NCBI GenBank assembly: GCA_024639185.1
Contig: JAHEIW010000003.1
Span: 10,416-74,415 of the forward strand
Direction of reading: 5' to 3'
Length of the DNA stretch: 64,000 nt
From: Deltaproteobacteria bacterium
Lineage (GTDB): Bacteria > Desulfobacterota > Desulfobacteria > Desulfobacterales > JAHEIW01
Positions 30,711 to 42,455 of the stretch are shown piece by piece. Within the stretch, counting starts at the first letter, position 1. Each line of letters begins with the position of its first letter. The position numbers were made by a program, and so were the translations under genes. The notes under the pieces were generated by a model, which was not told the origin of the DNA, searched no databases, and worked only from the letters and a program-made list of their open reading frames with translations.

Positions 30711-32049
30711 TGATGATCCCAGTATTCTTAAAGTGGTTCGAATGCGACTGGAAGCCCAGGGATATCGGGTAACCACTGCCTTTGATGCCCAAAAGGCCAT
30801 TGACCTGGCAGCCGACAATCGGTTTGATGCCGCCCTGCTCGATCTAAAGCTCAATGGCAAAGACGGCATTCAATTGATGCAGGATTTACATCACATCAAC
30901 CCGGAAATGCCGGTCATTATCCTGACCGCTTACGGTACGATTCAGAGTGCTGTGGCCGCCATGAAAAAGGGGGCTTACAGCTATTTGACAAAACCATTTG
31001 ATCACGAAAACCTTTTGCTGCAGACCCGAAATTGCCTGGAACGCAGCCGTCTGACCAAAGAAGTGAAAAATCTCAAAAAAATCGTCAAAGAACGCTACGG
31101 TTTTGAAAACATCATTACTAAAAGTGAAACGATGCAGGCGGTCCTGGATCAGGTTGCCCAGGCCGCAGAATCGGATGCCAATGTGTATATTGAGGGAGAA
31201 AGCGGGACCGGAAAAGAGCTGATTGCCAAAACACTGCATCTGGCCAGCGCGCGTAAAGATGGACCCTTTGTGGCCATTAATTGTGCCGCCATACCCGAAA
31301 CCCTTCTGGAAAGCGAGCTTTTCGGCTACCAGAAGGGTGCCTTTACGGACGCCGCTCGAAATAAAAAAGGCCTTTTTTTACAGGCCCATCGGGGAACCTT
31401 TTTTCTGGATGAGATCTCGGAAATGCCACTATCGATGCAGGCCAAAGTCTTACGGGTGTTGCAGGAAAAAGAATTTTATCCGGTCGGCGCCCAAAAGACG
31501 GTTAAAGTCAACACCCGCTTTATTGCCAGTTCCAACAAAAACCTGGAAGCAGAGGTTAAAAAAGGGGCGTTTCGGGAAGATCTTTTTTACCGCATTCATG
31601 TCATCGCCATACACCTGCCGCCGCTGCGCCGGCGTAAAGAAGACATTCCCCTGCTGGCCAATTATTTTTTAAACAAATACGCCCGGGAAACACAAAAAGA
31701 TATCGCCGGATTTACGCCCTCGGCCCTGCAAAAGCTGATGTTACACGATTGGCCGGGTAACGTGCGCGAGTTGGAGAATACGGTTGAGTGTGCGGTTGCG
31801 CTGGCCACTGAAAATATCATTTCGGAAACGTCGATTCTGGCGGATCACAACGTGGCCGAAAGCGGCCTGCGGTCTTTAAAAGATGCTAAAGAGGATTTCG
31901 AGAAAAATTATCTAACCCAGTTGATTGAACTGACGGGCGGCAATGTTAGTCAGGCCGCTAAACTGGCCGGAAAATACAGAGCTGATCTATATCAATTGTT
32001 AAAAAAATACGGTATCAAAGCAGCCGACTATCGCAGGACGCCACATTGA
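30688..32049 (+). CDS. sigma54-dependent response regulator (GlrR/QseF-like)
   Basis: Receiver domain, GESGTGKE, GAFTDA, WPGNVREL, HTH GNVSQAAKLAG.YRADLY.LL. Confidence 0.93.
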   Translation: MEKILVVDDDPSILKVVRMRLEAQGYRVTTAFDAQKAIDLAADNRFDAALLDLKLNGKDGIQLMQDLHHINPEMPVIILTAYGTIQSAVAAMKKGAYSYLTKPFDHENLLLQTRNCLERSRLTKEVKNLKKIVKERYGFENIITKSETMQAVLDQVAQAAESDANVYIEGESGTGKELIAKTLHLASARKDGPFVAINCAAIPETLLESELFGYQKGAFTDAARNKKGLFLQAHRGTFFLDEISEMPLSMQAKVLRVLQEKEFYPVGAQKTVKVNTRFIASSNKNLEAEVKKGAFREDLFYRIHVIAIHLPPLRRRKEDIPLLANYFLNKYARETQKDIAGFTPSALQKLMLHDWPGNVRELENTVECAVALATENIISETSILADHNVAESGLRSLKDAKEDFEKNYLTQLIELTGGNVSQAAKLAGKYRADLYQLLKKYGIKAADYRRTPH

Positions 32050-32320
32050 CCGACAGACTGTCAGCGGTGCCCTCCCCCGCAAAAAAAAAACCAAGATTTG
32101 AGCGTCTTCCTCTACCAATGACCTGACTTTTGCACACCTTTGGACAAATAGCATCTTTTTTAAAATAGACAAACCGTCGCAACGGATTTATGTTTTAGTT
32201 TCATCATCCCAATTTGAGAATGAAGGTTGTCGTACTTGCGGTTGCAGTTGACCGTTGACACAAACTATATTGACTTTGCACAAGCTCTGATATGGACACA
32301 AAAAGCGTAGGAGACAGAAA

Positions 32321-33229
32321 ATGAAATCGATTAAACTGGCGTCCATGGACTGCGAACAAGTCTGTACGGAAATCGAAGATTTTGTAATCGAGGTGGTGCA
32401 GCAGGCCGCTTCGAGTGGATGCGTGATCGGGTTGTCCGGCGGTGTGGATTCGAGCACGGCGGCGGCACTGATTAAAAACAGTTTTGATCACTATAATGCC
32501 GAACGGGTCGGAGATGAGCAGGCACTTGAACTGGTGGGATATATATTGCCGTCAAGCATCAATGTGGATGTGGATGAAACCGATGCCGCATCTGTCGCCA
32601 AACATCTGGGGCTGCGCTACGAAACCCTTAGCATCGAAGCCCTGGTGGAATCGTTTAAATTGACCAATCCGGAAGCGTTTGAAAGTAAATTCCATAAAGG
32701 CAATATGATCTCCAGAATCCGTGCCAATGTTTTGTCAACTAAAGCAGCAACGGAAATTAAAACCCTGGCCGGAACCGGCAACCGTGATGAAGATTTCGGC
32801 ATCGGTTATTATACCCTTTTCGGGGACGGGGCTGTGCATTTCAGCCCGATAGCCGGTTTACCCAAACGGCTTGTGCGGCAAATGGCCCGTTTCCTGGGTC
32901 TGAACAAAAAGATTGTTCAGCGCGAACCGACGGCCGGTTTGGAACCGGGTCAAAGTGACTTTAAAGACCTGGGGTATGATTATGATGTGGTTGAAATAAT
33001 CACCGAGGGCCTGGCGCAGGGATTTTCAGAAGACAAGTTGATCAACCATCCCCAAATTGTTCAGCAGGTCGAAAGTCAGCTCCAGCATTACCTGTCCGTC
33101 TACGACGCCAGTAAATTTGACTCGGTAAAAGCGGTGGTGCAAGATGTGCTCAAACGCCATCAACAGGCTAAAGAGAAAATGAAGATCATCCATCCGCCAA
33201 CACCCCGGATCACTTTATCGTATGACTAA
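32321..33229 (+). CDS. nadE: NH3-dependent NAD+ synthetase
   Basis: GLSGGVDSS, GN..SRIR, GYYTLFGDG, PTAGL. Confidence 0.92.
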   Translation: MKSIKLASMDCEQVCTEIEDFVIEVVQQAASSGCVIGLSGGVDSSTAAALIKNSFDHYNAERVGDEQALELVGYILPSSINVDVDETDAASVAKHLGLRYETLSIEALVESFKLTNPEAFESKFHKGNMISRIRANVLSTKAATEIKTLAGTGNRDEDFGIGYYTLFGDGAVHFSPIAGLPKRLVRQMARFLGLNKKIVQREPTAGLEPGQSDFKDLGYDYDVVEIITEGLAQGFSEDKLINHPQIVQQVESQLQHYLSVYDASKFDSVKAVVQDVLKRHQQAKEKMKIIHPPTPRITLSYD

Positions 33230-33259
33230 AACCCGTCTCAAAATTACATCTAAGTTTTT

Positions 33260-33366
33260 CGGGTTGAGCCCGTTACCCGTTCGCCCGTTTGCCGGTTAAA
33301 GGATAAAATGAAACATTTTCCTTTCTTAACGGGCCTAACCGCCTTAACCGGCTCAACCGGCCAACC
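33260..33366. repeat. Inverted element with tandem AAC(C/G)GG arms
   Basis: cccgttacccgttcgcccgtttgccggtt, AT-rich spacer, aacgggcctaaccgccttaaccggctcaaccggccaacc; single arms also near 8888, 50110 and 61915. Confidence 0.7.
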
Positions 33367-33382
33367 GAATTGGAGATGAAAT

Positions 33383-33695
33383 ATGTCCGCAGAATCCTTG
33401 CGCAAACAGCTATACGGATCCTTTAAAAACCGTGCCATGATGTATTGGCATATCTATCAGGCGCTGGAAAAAGAACTCGGCGAGCAAAAAGCGACTAAGA
33501 TTTTAAAACGGGGGATTTATAATCGCGGGCTGGCAGGAAGCGGGTCTGAAAGATAGCGACATCGCCCGGATGTGCGATATTGCAGCCTGTGTTGATAAAG
33601 GCACCTTTGAAGGTGCCGGATTTGGTTTTTCAATCGAAACCTGGACATCCGGACAGCAGGGATGCTGCCGGTTGAAAATAAGGCCCGGCAAATAA
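33383..33695 (+). pseudogene. L-2-amino-thiazoline-4-carboxylate hydrolase-like gene with internal deletion and frameshift
   Basis: MSAESLRKQL..NRAMMYWHIY..ELGEQKA..RGIYNRGL, then in another frame WQEAGL..MCDIAACVDKGTFEGAGF..GCCRLKI*. Confidence 0.65.
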
Positions 33696-33878
33696 AACCG
33701 ACAATCCGCAAAAAAAAGCTAAAGTTCAGCGTATTTTTGCAGATAATAATATCGGGGAGGTTGTGATTTTTCCGGTATTGTCCTGCAAGCCGCAAAATTC
33801 AAATTGCCCCATAACAGCGCAGCGTTCAGCGTGCGGATAATCGATCCGCTAATGATTGCCAAGCCTTGGGGGGCTTTG

Positions 33879-34244
33879 ATGTGTAAGAATCTTATCCGTT
33901 CCGTGTCAACAGTGCTCATCGTCACCTTCGCCTGTTTGATCGTCGGCTGTAATTCGATTCCTGTGCCGGAAGAAAAAAAACCCTACATCGGAACCTGGGA
34001 GGGCGTCGGCTTTCACCTGACCATAACTGACAACGGCGGCGTTGATTACAGGCGGGTAAAGGGGAAACGTTCAACAAAAATCTCCGGCCCTTTGAAAAAC
34101 TTCAAGGGAGATGATTTTATCGTCGGTGTGTTATTTTTCACAACCACATTTGAGGTGCATCAGCCGCCCTACCTGGATGGCGGCGACTGGTACATGGTCA
34201 TCGACGGTGTTGAATTGAAAAAAGTCGCCGGACCCCTAACCTGA
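33879..34244 (+). CDS. Hypothetical lipoprotein
   Basis: IVGC lipobox, YIGTWEG motif. Confidence 0.7.
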   Translation: MCKNLIRSVSTVLIVTFACLIVGCNSIPVPEEKKPYIGTWEGVGFHLTITDNGGVDYRRVKGKRSTKISGPLKNFKGDDFIVGVLFFTTTFEVHQPPYLDGGDWYMVIDGVELKKVAGPLT

Positions 34245-34272
34245 CCGTTTCAATTCACAGAGGAGTTAAAAC

Positions 34273-34737
34273 ATGCGGTTGATAAGGGTGGGACTTGTGG
34301 TTCTCCTGGGATTTTTACTGATTTCATGTGTCACGGCATCCGAGCCACGATTCAACAGTTTGCGGGCCGCAGATCAGCAAAAAATCCAGCAGCAATTAGA
34401 AAACAACTGGTCTGAATACATCATTTACTATATTCCGCAGCATGCCGTTTTATTCGACCCCAAAGATGACAGCAACACCTTGAAGGTCAGCGGTCGCTGG
34501 ACAAGGGTGGGCGATCAAAAGACCTGGATAGAAATTTTGCGGCAAAACACCCAGAGCACGGACAGCTTTTTCAGTGTCTGGATGGGTTCAAGATCCGGAT
34601 TTCTTGAAATTATCGGACCCGATGAACAGCTCTTTGGCTATCTGGTCCATGAAAAAATGGATCTGGTGGCGTTTAAAATCATCGACCGCAATACGATGCA
34701 AATCTTTTACTCACCGCAGAGAATCGAAGGACCTTAA
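34273..34737 (+). CDS. Hypothetical lipoprotein
   Basis: LISC lipobox, RBS gaggag. Confidence 0.72.
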   Translation: MRLIRVGLVVLLGFLLISCVTASEPRFNSLRAADQQKIQQQLENNWSEYIIYYIPQHAVLFDPKDDSNTLKVSGRWTRVGDQKTWIEILRQNTQSTDSFFSVWMGSRSGFLEIIGPDEQLFGYLVHEKMDLVAFKIIDRNTMQIFYSPQRIEGP

Positions 34738-34760
34738 TATTTTGTGTATTGGATGAGCTC

Positions 34761-35975
34761 CTATTTTAACCTCTTTTTAATCAGCTTGCCTAGTTCGGCC
34801 ACAGCCGCGGCAATCACCGTTTCACCGGACTGAGAATAGGACAGTCGAAAGGTGTGGGCTCCGCTGCCGTCTATGAAAAAGGGTTCACCGGCTACAAAGG
34901 CAACGTTATGCTCAATGGCTTCGGCCAGAAGGTTTGCGGCATCAATTGTTTGGGGCAGTTGAATAAATATAAAAAACCCGCCGTCCGGTTGATTCCATTG
35001 AACCTGTTCGGGAAAATGGGCCGCCAATTGCACGAGCATAAAATCCCGTTTACGCTTATAGTGTTGATTGTTCAGCTGAACGCGCTTTGCCCACTGCCCG
35101 CTACGGATAAATTCCAATAAAATATACTGGGCCAGACTGTTGGTGGCAACATCAATAAACTGTTTGGCCACCACCATTTTTCGAATCATTTCAGGAGGAC
35201 CGATGGTCCAGGCCACGCGCAGGCCCGGAGCAAATGTTTTGGACATCGAGCGCATATGCACAACCCGACCATGAGCATCCAGAGAAATAACCGGTGGAAG
35301 ATGGTCACCCTCAAATCGTAAATCTCCATATGGATCATCTTCAAAAATGACCAGATCATAGTGCTCCGCCAGCTCGACAAGATGTTGGCGCCGCTCAAGT
35401 GATAATGTGGTTCCCGTCGGGTTTTGAAAGTTGGGTATGACATATACGCCCTTGACCTGCTGACCATTTTTCTTTAACCGCTGCAACTGATCTTCAAGTT
35501 GCCGGGTATTCAGCCCGTTATCATCAACGGCCACTCCCTGGAGTTGGCCACAGGCGGCCATAACGGCGCCGGTTCCCCCAAAGTAGGTCGGCAGGCCCAC
35601 AAAAACGACGTCATCAGGGTTGATAAGTACCCGGCAAGCCAGATCCATACCCTGGGCCGAACCGGCCGTAATGACAATATGATCCAGATCGCAGGCGATG
35701 CCATAGCGATCTGCGGCCAGATGGGCAAGTTCCTGCCGCAATTCGGTCACCCCCTCGGTTGCGCCGTATTGCAAGGCTTTGCCGGCTTTATTTTTGAGCA
35801 ACTTGTTGGTAATGCGAATGATTTCTTGACCTGGAAAAACAGCCGGGTCCGGCCAACCACCGGCCAAAGATTTCATACCCGGTAAATCAACCAGTTTGTT
35901 AATTTCACGAATGGCCGATGGCACCGCACAGCAGGCACTTTTAGAGTACAAATGTTGCAGGTTTGACGTTGACAT
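34761..35975 (-). CDS. PLP-dependent class I aminotransferase (LysN-like)
   Basis: SAIREI, AGGWPDP, LQYG, PNFQNPTG, EDDPY, SMSKTFAPGLR. Confidence 0.92.
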   Translation of the reverse strand: MSTSNLQHLYSKSACCAVPSAIREINKLVDLPGMKSLAGGWPDPAVFPGQEIIRITNKLLKNKAGKALQYGATEGVTELRQELAHLAADRYGIACDLDHIVITAGSAQGMDLACRVLINPDDVVFVGLPTYFGGTGAVMAACGQLQGVAVDDNGLNTRQLEDQLQRLKKNGQQVKGVYVIPNFQNPTGTTLSLERRQHLVELAEHYDLVIFEDDPYGDLRFEGDHLPPVISLDAHGRVVHMRSMSKTFAPGLRVAWTIGPPEMIRKMVVAKQFIDVATNSLAQYILLEFIRSGQWAKRVQLNNQHYKRKRDFMLVQLAAHFPEQVQWNQPDGGFFIFIQLPQTIDAANLLAEAIEHNVAFVAGEPFFIDGSGAHTFRLSYSQSGETVIAAAVAELGKLIKKRLK

Positions 35976-35994
35976 AATGAACCTCGATGCGGGA

Positions 35995-36786
35995 TTAGGT
36001 TCTTAAACAGCGCAGATTCGCCAGATCTTCTGCATAACCGTAAAGGTGTAATCCTTTACTTTCGACTACCATCTGGCCGTCCTCAACACCAATTTCGGCT
36101 GCCATGTACTCTTTGAGGTTTTGAATGGCAGCCAGGTTGGCGGGAAAGCCGTTCCATAAATCCCAGGAACGAAAATAAACAAAAAAGTTTAAGCCGTTAT
36201 TCTGAATTCGGGTATCAATCGATCGCAGGCAAGGGGGATCCAGTAAGGTTAGATCCGAAGGGTGGGCAATTTGAAGGACCAGTTGATTATTGCGCTCGCC
36301 AAACTTGCGATAGGTATCAATCACCCATTCGATCTGGTTCAAATACAACTGGCCGTCTTCTTCAAAAACAATCTTTCCGTCAACTTCGCGTTTATCGATG
36401 ATTTTACTATTGGATGTATGCCACCAGTGGAGTTTGTCGCCCGATAGCGGGACGCGCACCAGGCGCTCACCATAGGTGTAGGACTCGCCCGGTTCTTTGC
36501 GCGCCGACATAAGATACTCAATATAGGCCCGGTCATAACCGGGGCCACCGTAAATATAATCGTGCTCTACCGGATTGGGTATGCCGCAGGCTGGCGGAAT
36601 ATCCGGAATCAGGGGTTGGGTTCCGGGATGTTTGACATGACCCATGAAATAATCATATTCAAGGCGGGTTTGGCCTTCATATGAACCGCGATCGATGACA
36701 AAACGTTTGCCGTGATCCAAAATATCATGCACCGCCTGGAACCATAGATCCGGCAAGTCCCTGGCGTTTATATTGTGGATCTCCAT
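35995..36786 (-). CDS. thyA: Thymidylate synthase, archaeal-type
   Basis: YTYGERL, NQIE, DPPCL, FRSWDLWNGFPANL, LHLY. Confidence 0.85.
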   Translation of the reverse strand: MEIHNINARDLPDLWFQAVHDILDHGKRFVIDRGSYEGQTRLEYDYFMGHVKHPGTQPLIPDIPPACGIPNPVEHDYIYGGPGYDRAYIEYLMSARKEPGESYTYGERLVRVPLSGDKLHWWHTSNSKIIDKREVDGKIVFEEDGQLYLNQIEWVIDTYRKFGERNNQLVLQIAHPSDLTLLDPPCLRSIDTRIQNNGLNFFVYFRSWDLWNGFPANLAAIQNLKEYMAAEIGVEDGQMVVESKGLHLYGYAEDLANLRCLRT

Positions 36787-36858
36787 GTTTTTCCTTCTAC
36801 TGGCAATGTTATAATTTGCTACATTACCACCAATCAAATTGCCTTGGGGTTAGTTAAC

Positions 36859-36907
36859 GGGTTCAAAGGTTCAGGGTACAGGGTTTAGGGTTTAGGGTTT
36901 AGGGTTT
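36859..36907 (+). repeat. Heptamer tandem array GGTTCA(A/G) grading into (TTTAGGG)3
   Basis: gggttcaaaggttcagggtacagggtttagggtttagggtttagggttt. Confidence 0.8.
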
Positions 36908-36988
36908 TGCTATTAACACTGTGTACTCCATTGCCCAGCATATGGATTTTATAATCAGAAGTGCAGTTTAGATGATCACGATTATTTG

Positions 36989-37130
36989 AAATTATCTCAA
37001 AAATAGTAGATCACGTCCAAGGGCAAGGCGAAAACCGATTCAAAAGTGGAGTATACACGACAGTATTCGAGCATTTTGAATCGGTTTTTAACACAGCCAT
37101 TGGGCGTAAGATGCATTTTTGAGATAATTT
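36989..37130 (-). repeat. ERIC-like palindromic element, copy 3
   Basis: TIR aaattatctcaaaaat; minus strand CTGTGTT..GAATAC-tgtcgt-GTATAC..CGCCTTG. Confidence 0.8.
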
Positions 37131-40699
<3,569 letters not shown>

Positions 40700-40997
40700 A
40701 ATATATTCCTTATTATAACATATAATAAAATAATAATAGATATAGGATGTTTATAAGTTTAATAACTTTTTAAGGTTTTAGATTAATTTATAAAAATTAA
40801 AAAAATAGTGATCACAATCCTATTAATTTAAACCCAATAAAGGGTTCGATATGATCATATATATACGAATGTCGATAACTGTTCATTTATCAACCGTCTA
40901 TTAACAGTTTATGATCAAAAACCTGTTAAAAAAAGCACAAAACAAATACGTTGAATATAAAGATTAAATTCGACTATTTATAAACATTATAGCTAAA
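40700..40997 (-). promoter_or_regulatory. Probable replication origin oriC
   Basis: Very AT-rich; at least five DnaA-box-like 9-mers; box-TCC-trio tract immediately upstream of dnaN. Confidence 0.65.
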
Positions 40998-41528
40998 CTA
41001 AGCCCGGGATTGACTCCACTTTTTAATCAAGGCGATATCGCGTTTTTGCCAGTTGTCCGATAGTCGGTATTTAATAAAGGTTTTATATAATTTTTCTATA
41101 AATTGCAAGATCTTATCGTAAAGAAAGATTTTTTCCAAAACAACGCCTTCCATATCTTCCGGGCCTTGCGGCGCTGCAATTATAGGTGTCTGTATACTGC
41201 TCAGATTGAGGCTTTCACCCTTTAATGTGAATTGCCATTTTTGATCGGCGGATCGGTAAACCAGGTTCAGTTCAGCCACCAGAGCGCCTTTCTGCAAGGC
41301 CAGCATGGCTTCTTCGAGACCGGCATTTTCACCCTTAATGGTAATCCGTTCAACGTCCTTTTTATGTCGCTTTTCAAGCACAATTCGGTTGCCGATTTCC
41401 AGTGACGTTAAATCAGAATCAGCCTTTCTGAGAATAGTCGGATCCTGATCAATAGCGAACCACAGCCATGTTAAAAATTCTTCACCTAAAAATTTAAATC
41501 GGTTATATGCGACAGCAATATCCAACAT
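40998..41528 (-). CDS. RdgC-associated hypothetical protein
   Basis: FLGEEFLTWLWF, EAMLALQKG, W.FTLKGE; follows the RdgC-like gene. Confidence 0.75.
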   Translation of the reverse strand: MLDIAVAYNRFKFLGEEFLTWLWFAIDQDPTILRKADSDLTSLEIGNRIVLEKRHKKDVERITIKGENAGLEEAMLALQKGALVAELNLVYRSADQKWQFTLKGESLNLSSIQTPIIAAPQGPEDMEGVVLEKIFLYDKILQFIEKLYKTFIKYRLSDNWQKRDIALIKKWSQSRA

Positions 41529-41539
41529 GTTTTTTTAAA

Positions 41540-42154
41540 TTATCCTGTAAATGGGGTCCGGGTGAGTTCAAGAAGGATATCTTTTTCCGTATCTTTTAGG
41601 TCAGCGGCATAGTGTGCCGCCGTGTAGGGAATCATGCGAATCAGCGTTAAATCAAATGATCGCAAAAAAAGCGTTTCCAATTCCTCATTGGCTGCCTTGA
41701 GATTGGAAAAAAACCACAATTGGGAATCCTCATAATTCCAGATAATATCAAATAAATTGGGCGTCGCCGGAACCGTTGCATACAGACGATCCATGACCTG
41801 GTCCCGAATGCGCTCTTTTTCGCTACGTGACAAATACGGTCGGCCACTTTCAGCCAGTCGCTTTTCTGATTCGATGACCACGTGTTTTTTTACCAATTTA
41901 ACCGGCACGCTTTTACGGTCAATTCGTAATGAAAAAACCAGATAATTTCCATACACGAACGAGGATCCGCCAAAATCCGGTTGATAGGGCTTTTCAAAGG
42001 ATGTCCAGCCGACGGCTTTATCCAGAGTCGGATCATCTATTTCTGAAATGGCATTTTTTTTAAGCCCGGCCGCCAGTGTTTCCAGAATGGGATTTTTAAG
42101 TTTCCCCTGAATCTGGTAGCGCGTTATAGAAACCGAACTGGATAGTAAACTCAT
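41540..42154 (-). CDS. RdgC-like recombination-associated protein
   Basis: MSLLSSSVSITRY, GWTS, FSLRIDRKSVP, LETLFLRSF. Confidence 0.75.
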   Translation of the reverse strand: MSLLSSSVSITRYQIQGKLKNPILETLAAGLKKNAISEIDDPTLDKAVGWTSFEKPYQPDFGGSSFVYGNYLVFSLRIDRKSVPVKLVKKHVVIESEKRLAESGRPYLSRSEKERIRDQVMDRLYATVPATPNLFDIIWNYEDSQLWFFSNLKAANEELETLFLRSFDLTLIRMIPYTAAHYAADLKDTEKDILLELTRTPFTG

Positions 42155-42251
42155 ATAGTTACCATTGCATCTGTTGATGGAAGGGTTTGCCGGAATTACC
42201 ACGGGTTGTCAACCAGCACATACTGATAACGCTCTGAAGGAAAGCGGTAAA

Positions 42252-42299
42252 ACACCATATATAGTATACGCTGTATATTATTATGAATATATAACGTGT
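42252..42299. promoter_or_regulatory. Candidate tandem NrdR boxes
   Basis: ACACCATATATAGTA against consensus acaCwAtATaTwGtg; weaker copy 32 bp downstream. Confidence 0.4.
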
Positions 42300-42455
42300 T
42301 TGCTAACAACTAACAAGTTAAATTTAGGGTTAAAAAAAGATCTCAAAAATGGTATAAAGATGAGGTTTGCCAGTTGGCCCGTGGGCCCGTTTATCATTTG
42401 TTCTCCTTGGCACCCTAAATAGCCTAAACGCCACTTGTGTTTTGAAGAAAATTCC

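Noticed and set aside
33383-33695. Programmed frameshift or selenocysteine readthrough
   Set aside because: The first frame ends at TAG, there is no slippery site at the junction, and the middle of the domain appears to be missing.
35995-36786. dCMP hydroxymethylase / DNA hypermodification system
   Set aside because: The specificity residue is Asn (dUMP type); no glycosyltransferase, kinase or phage context.
36881-36904. Plant telomere contamination (TTTAGGG)
   Set aside because: Only three perfect units, grading from a GGTTCA heptamer array in a coherent bacterial context.
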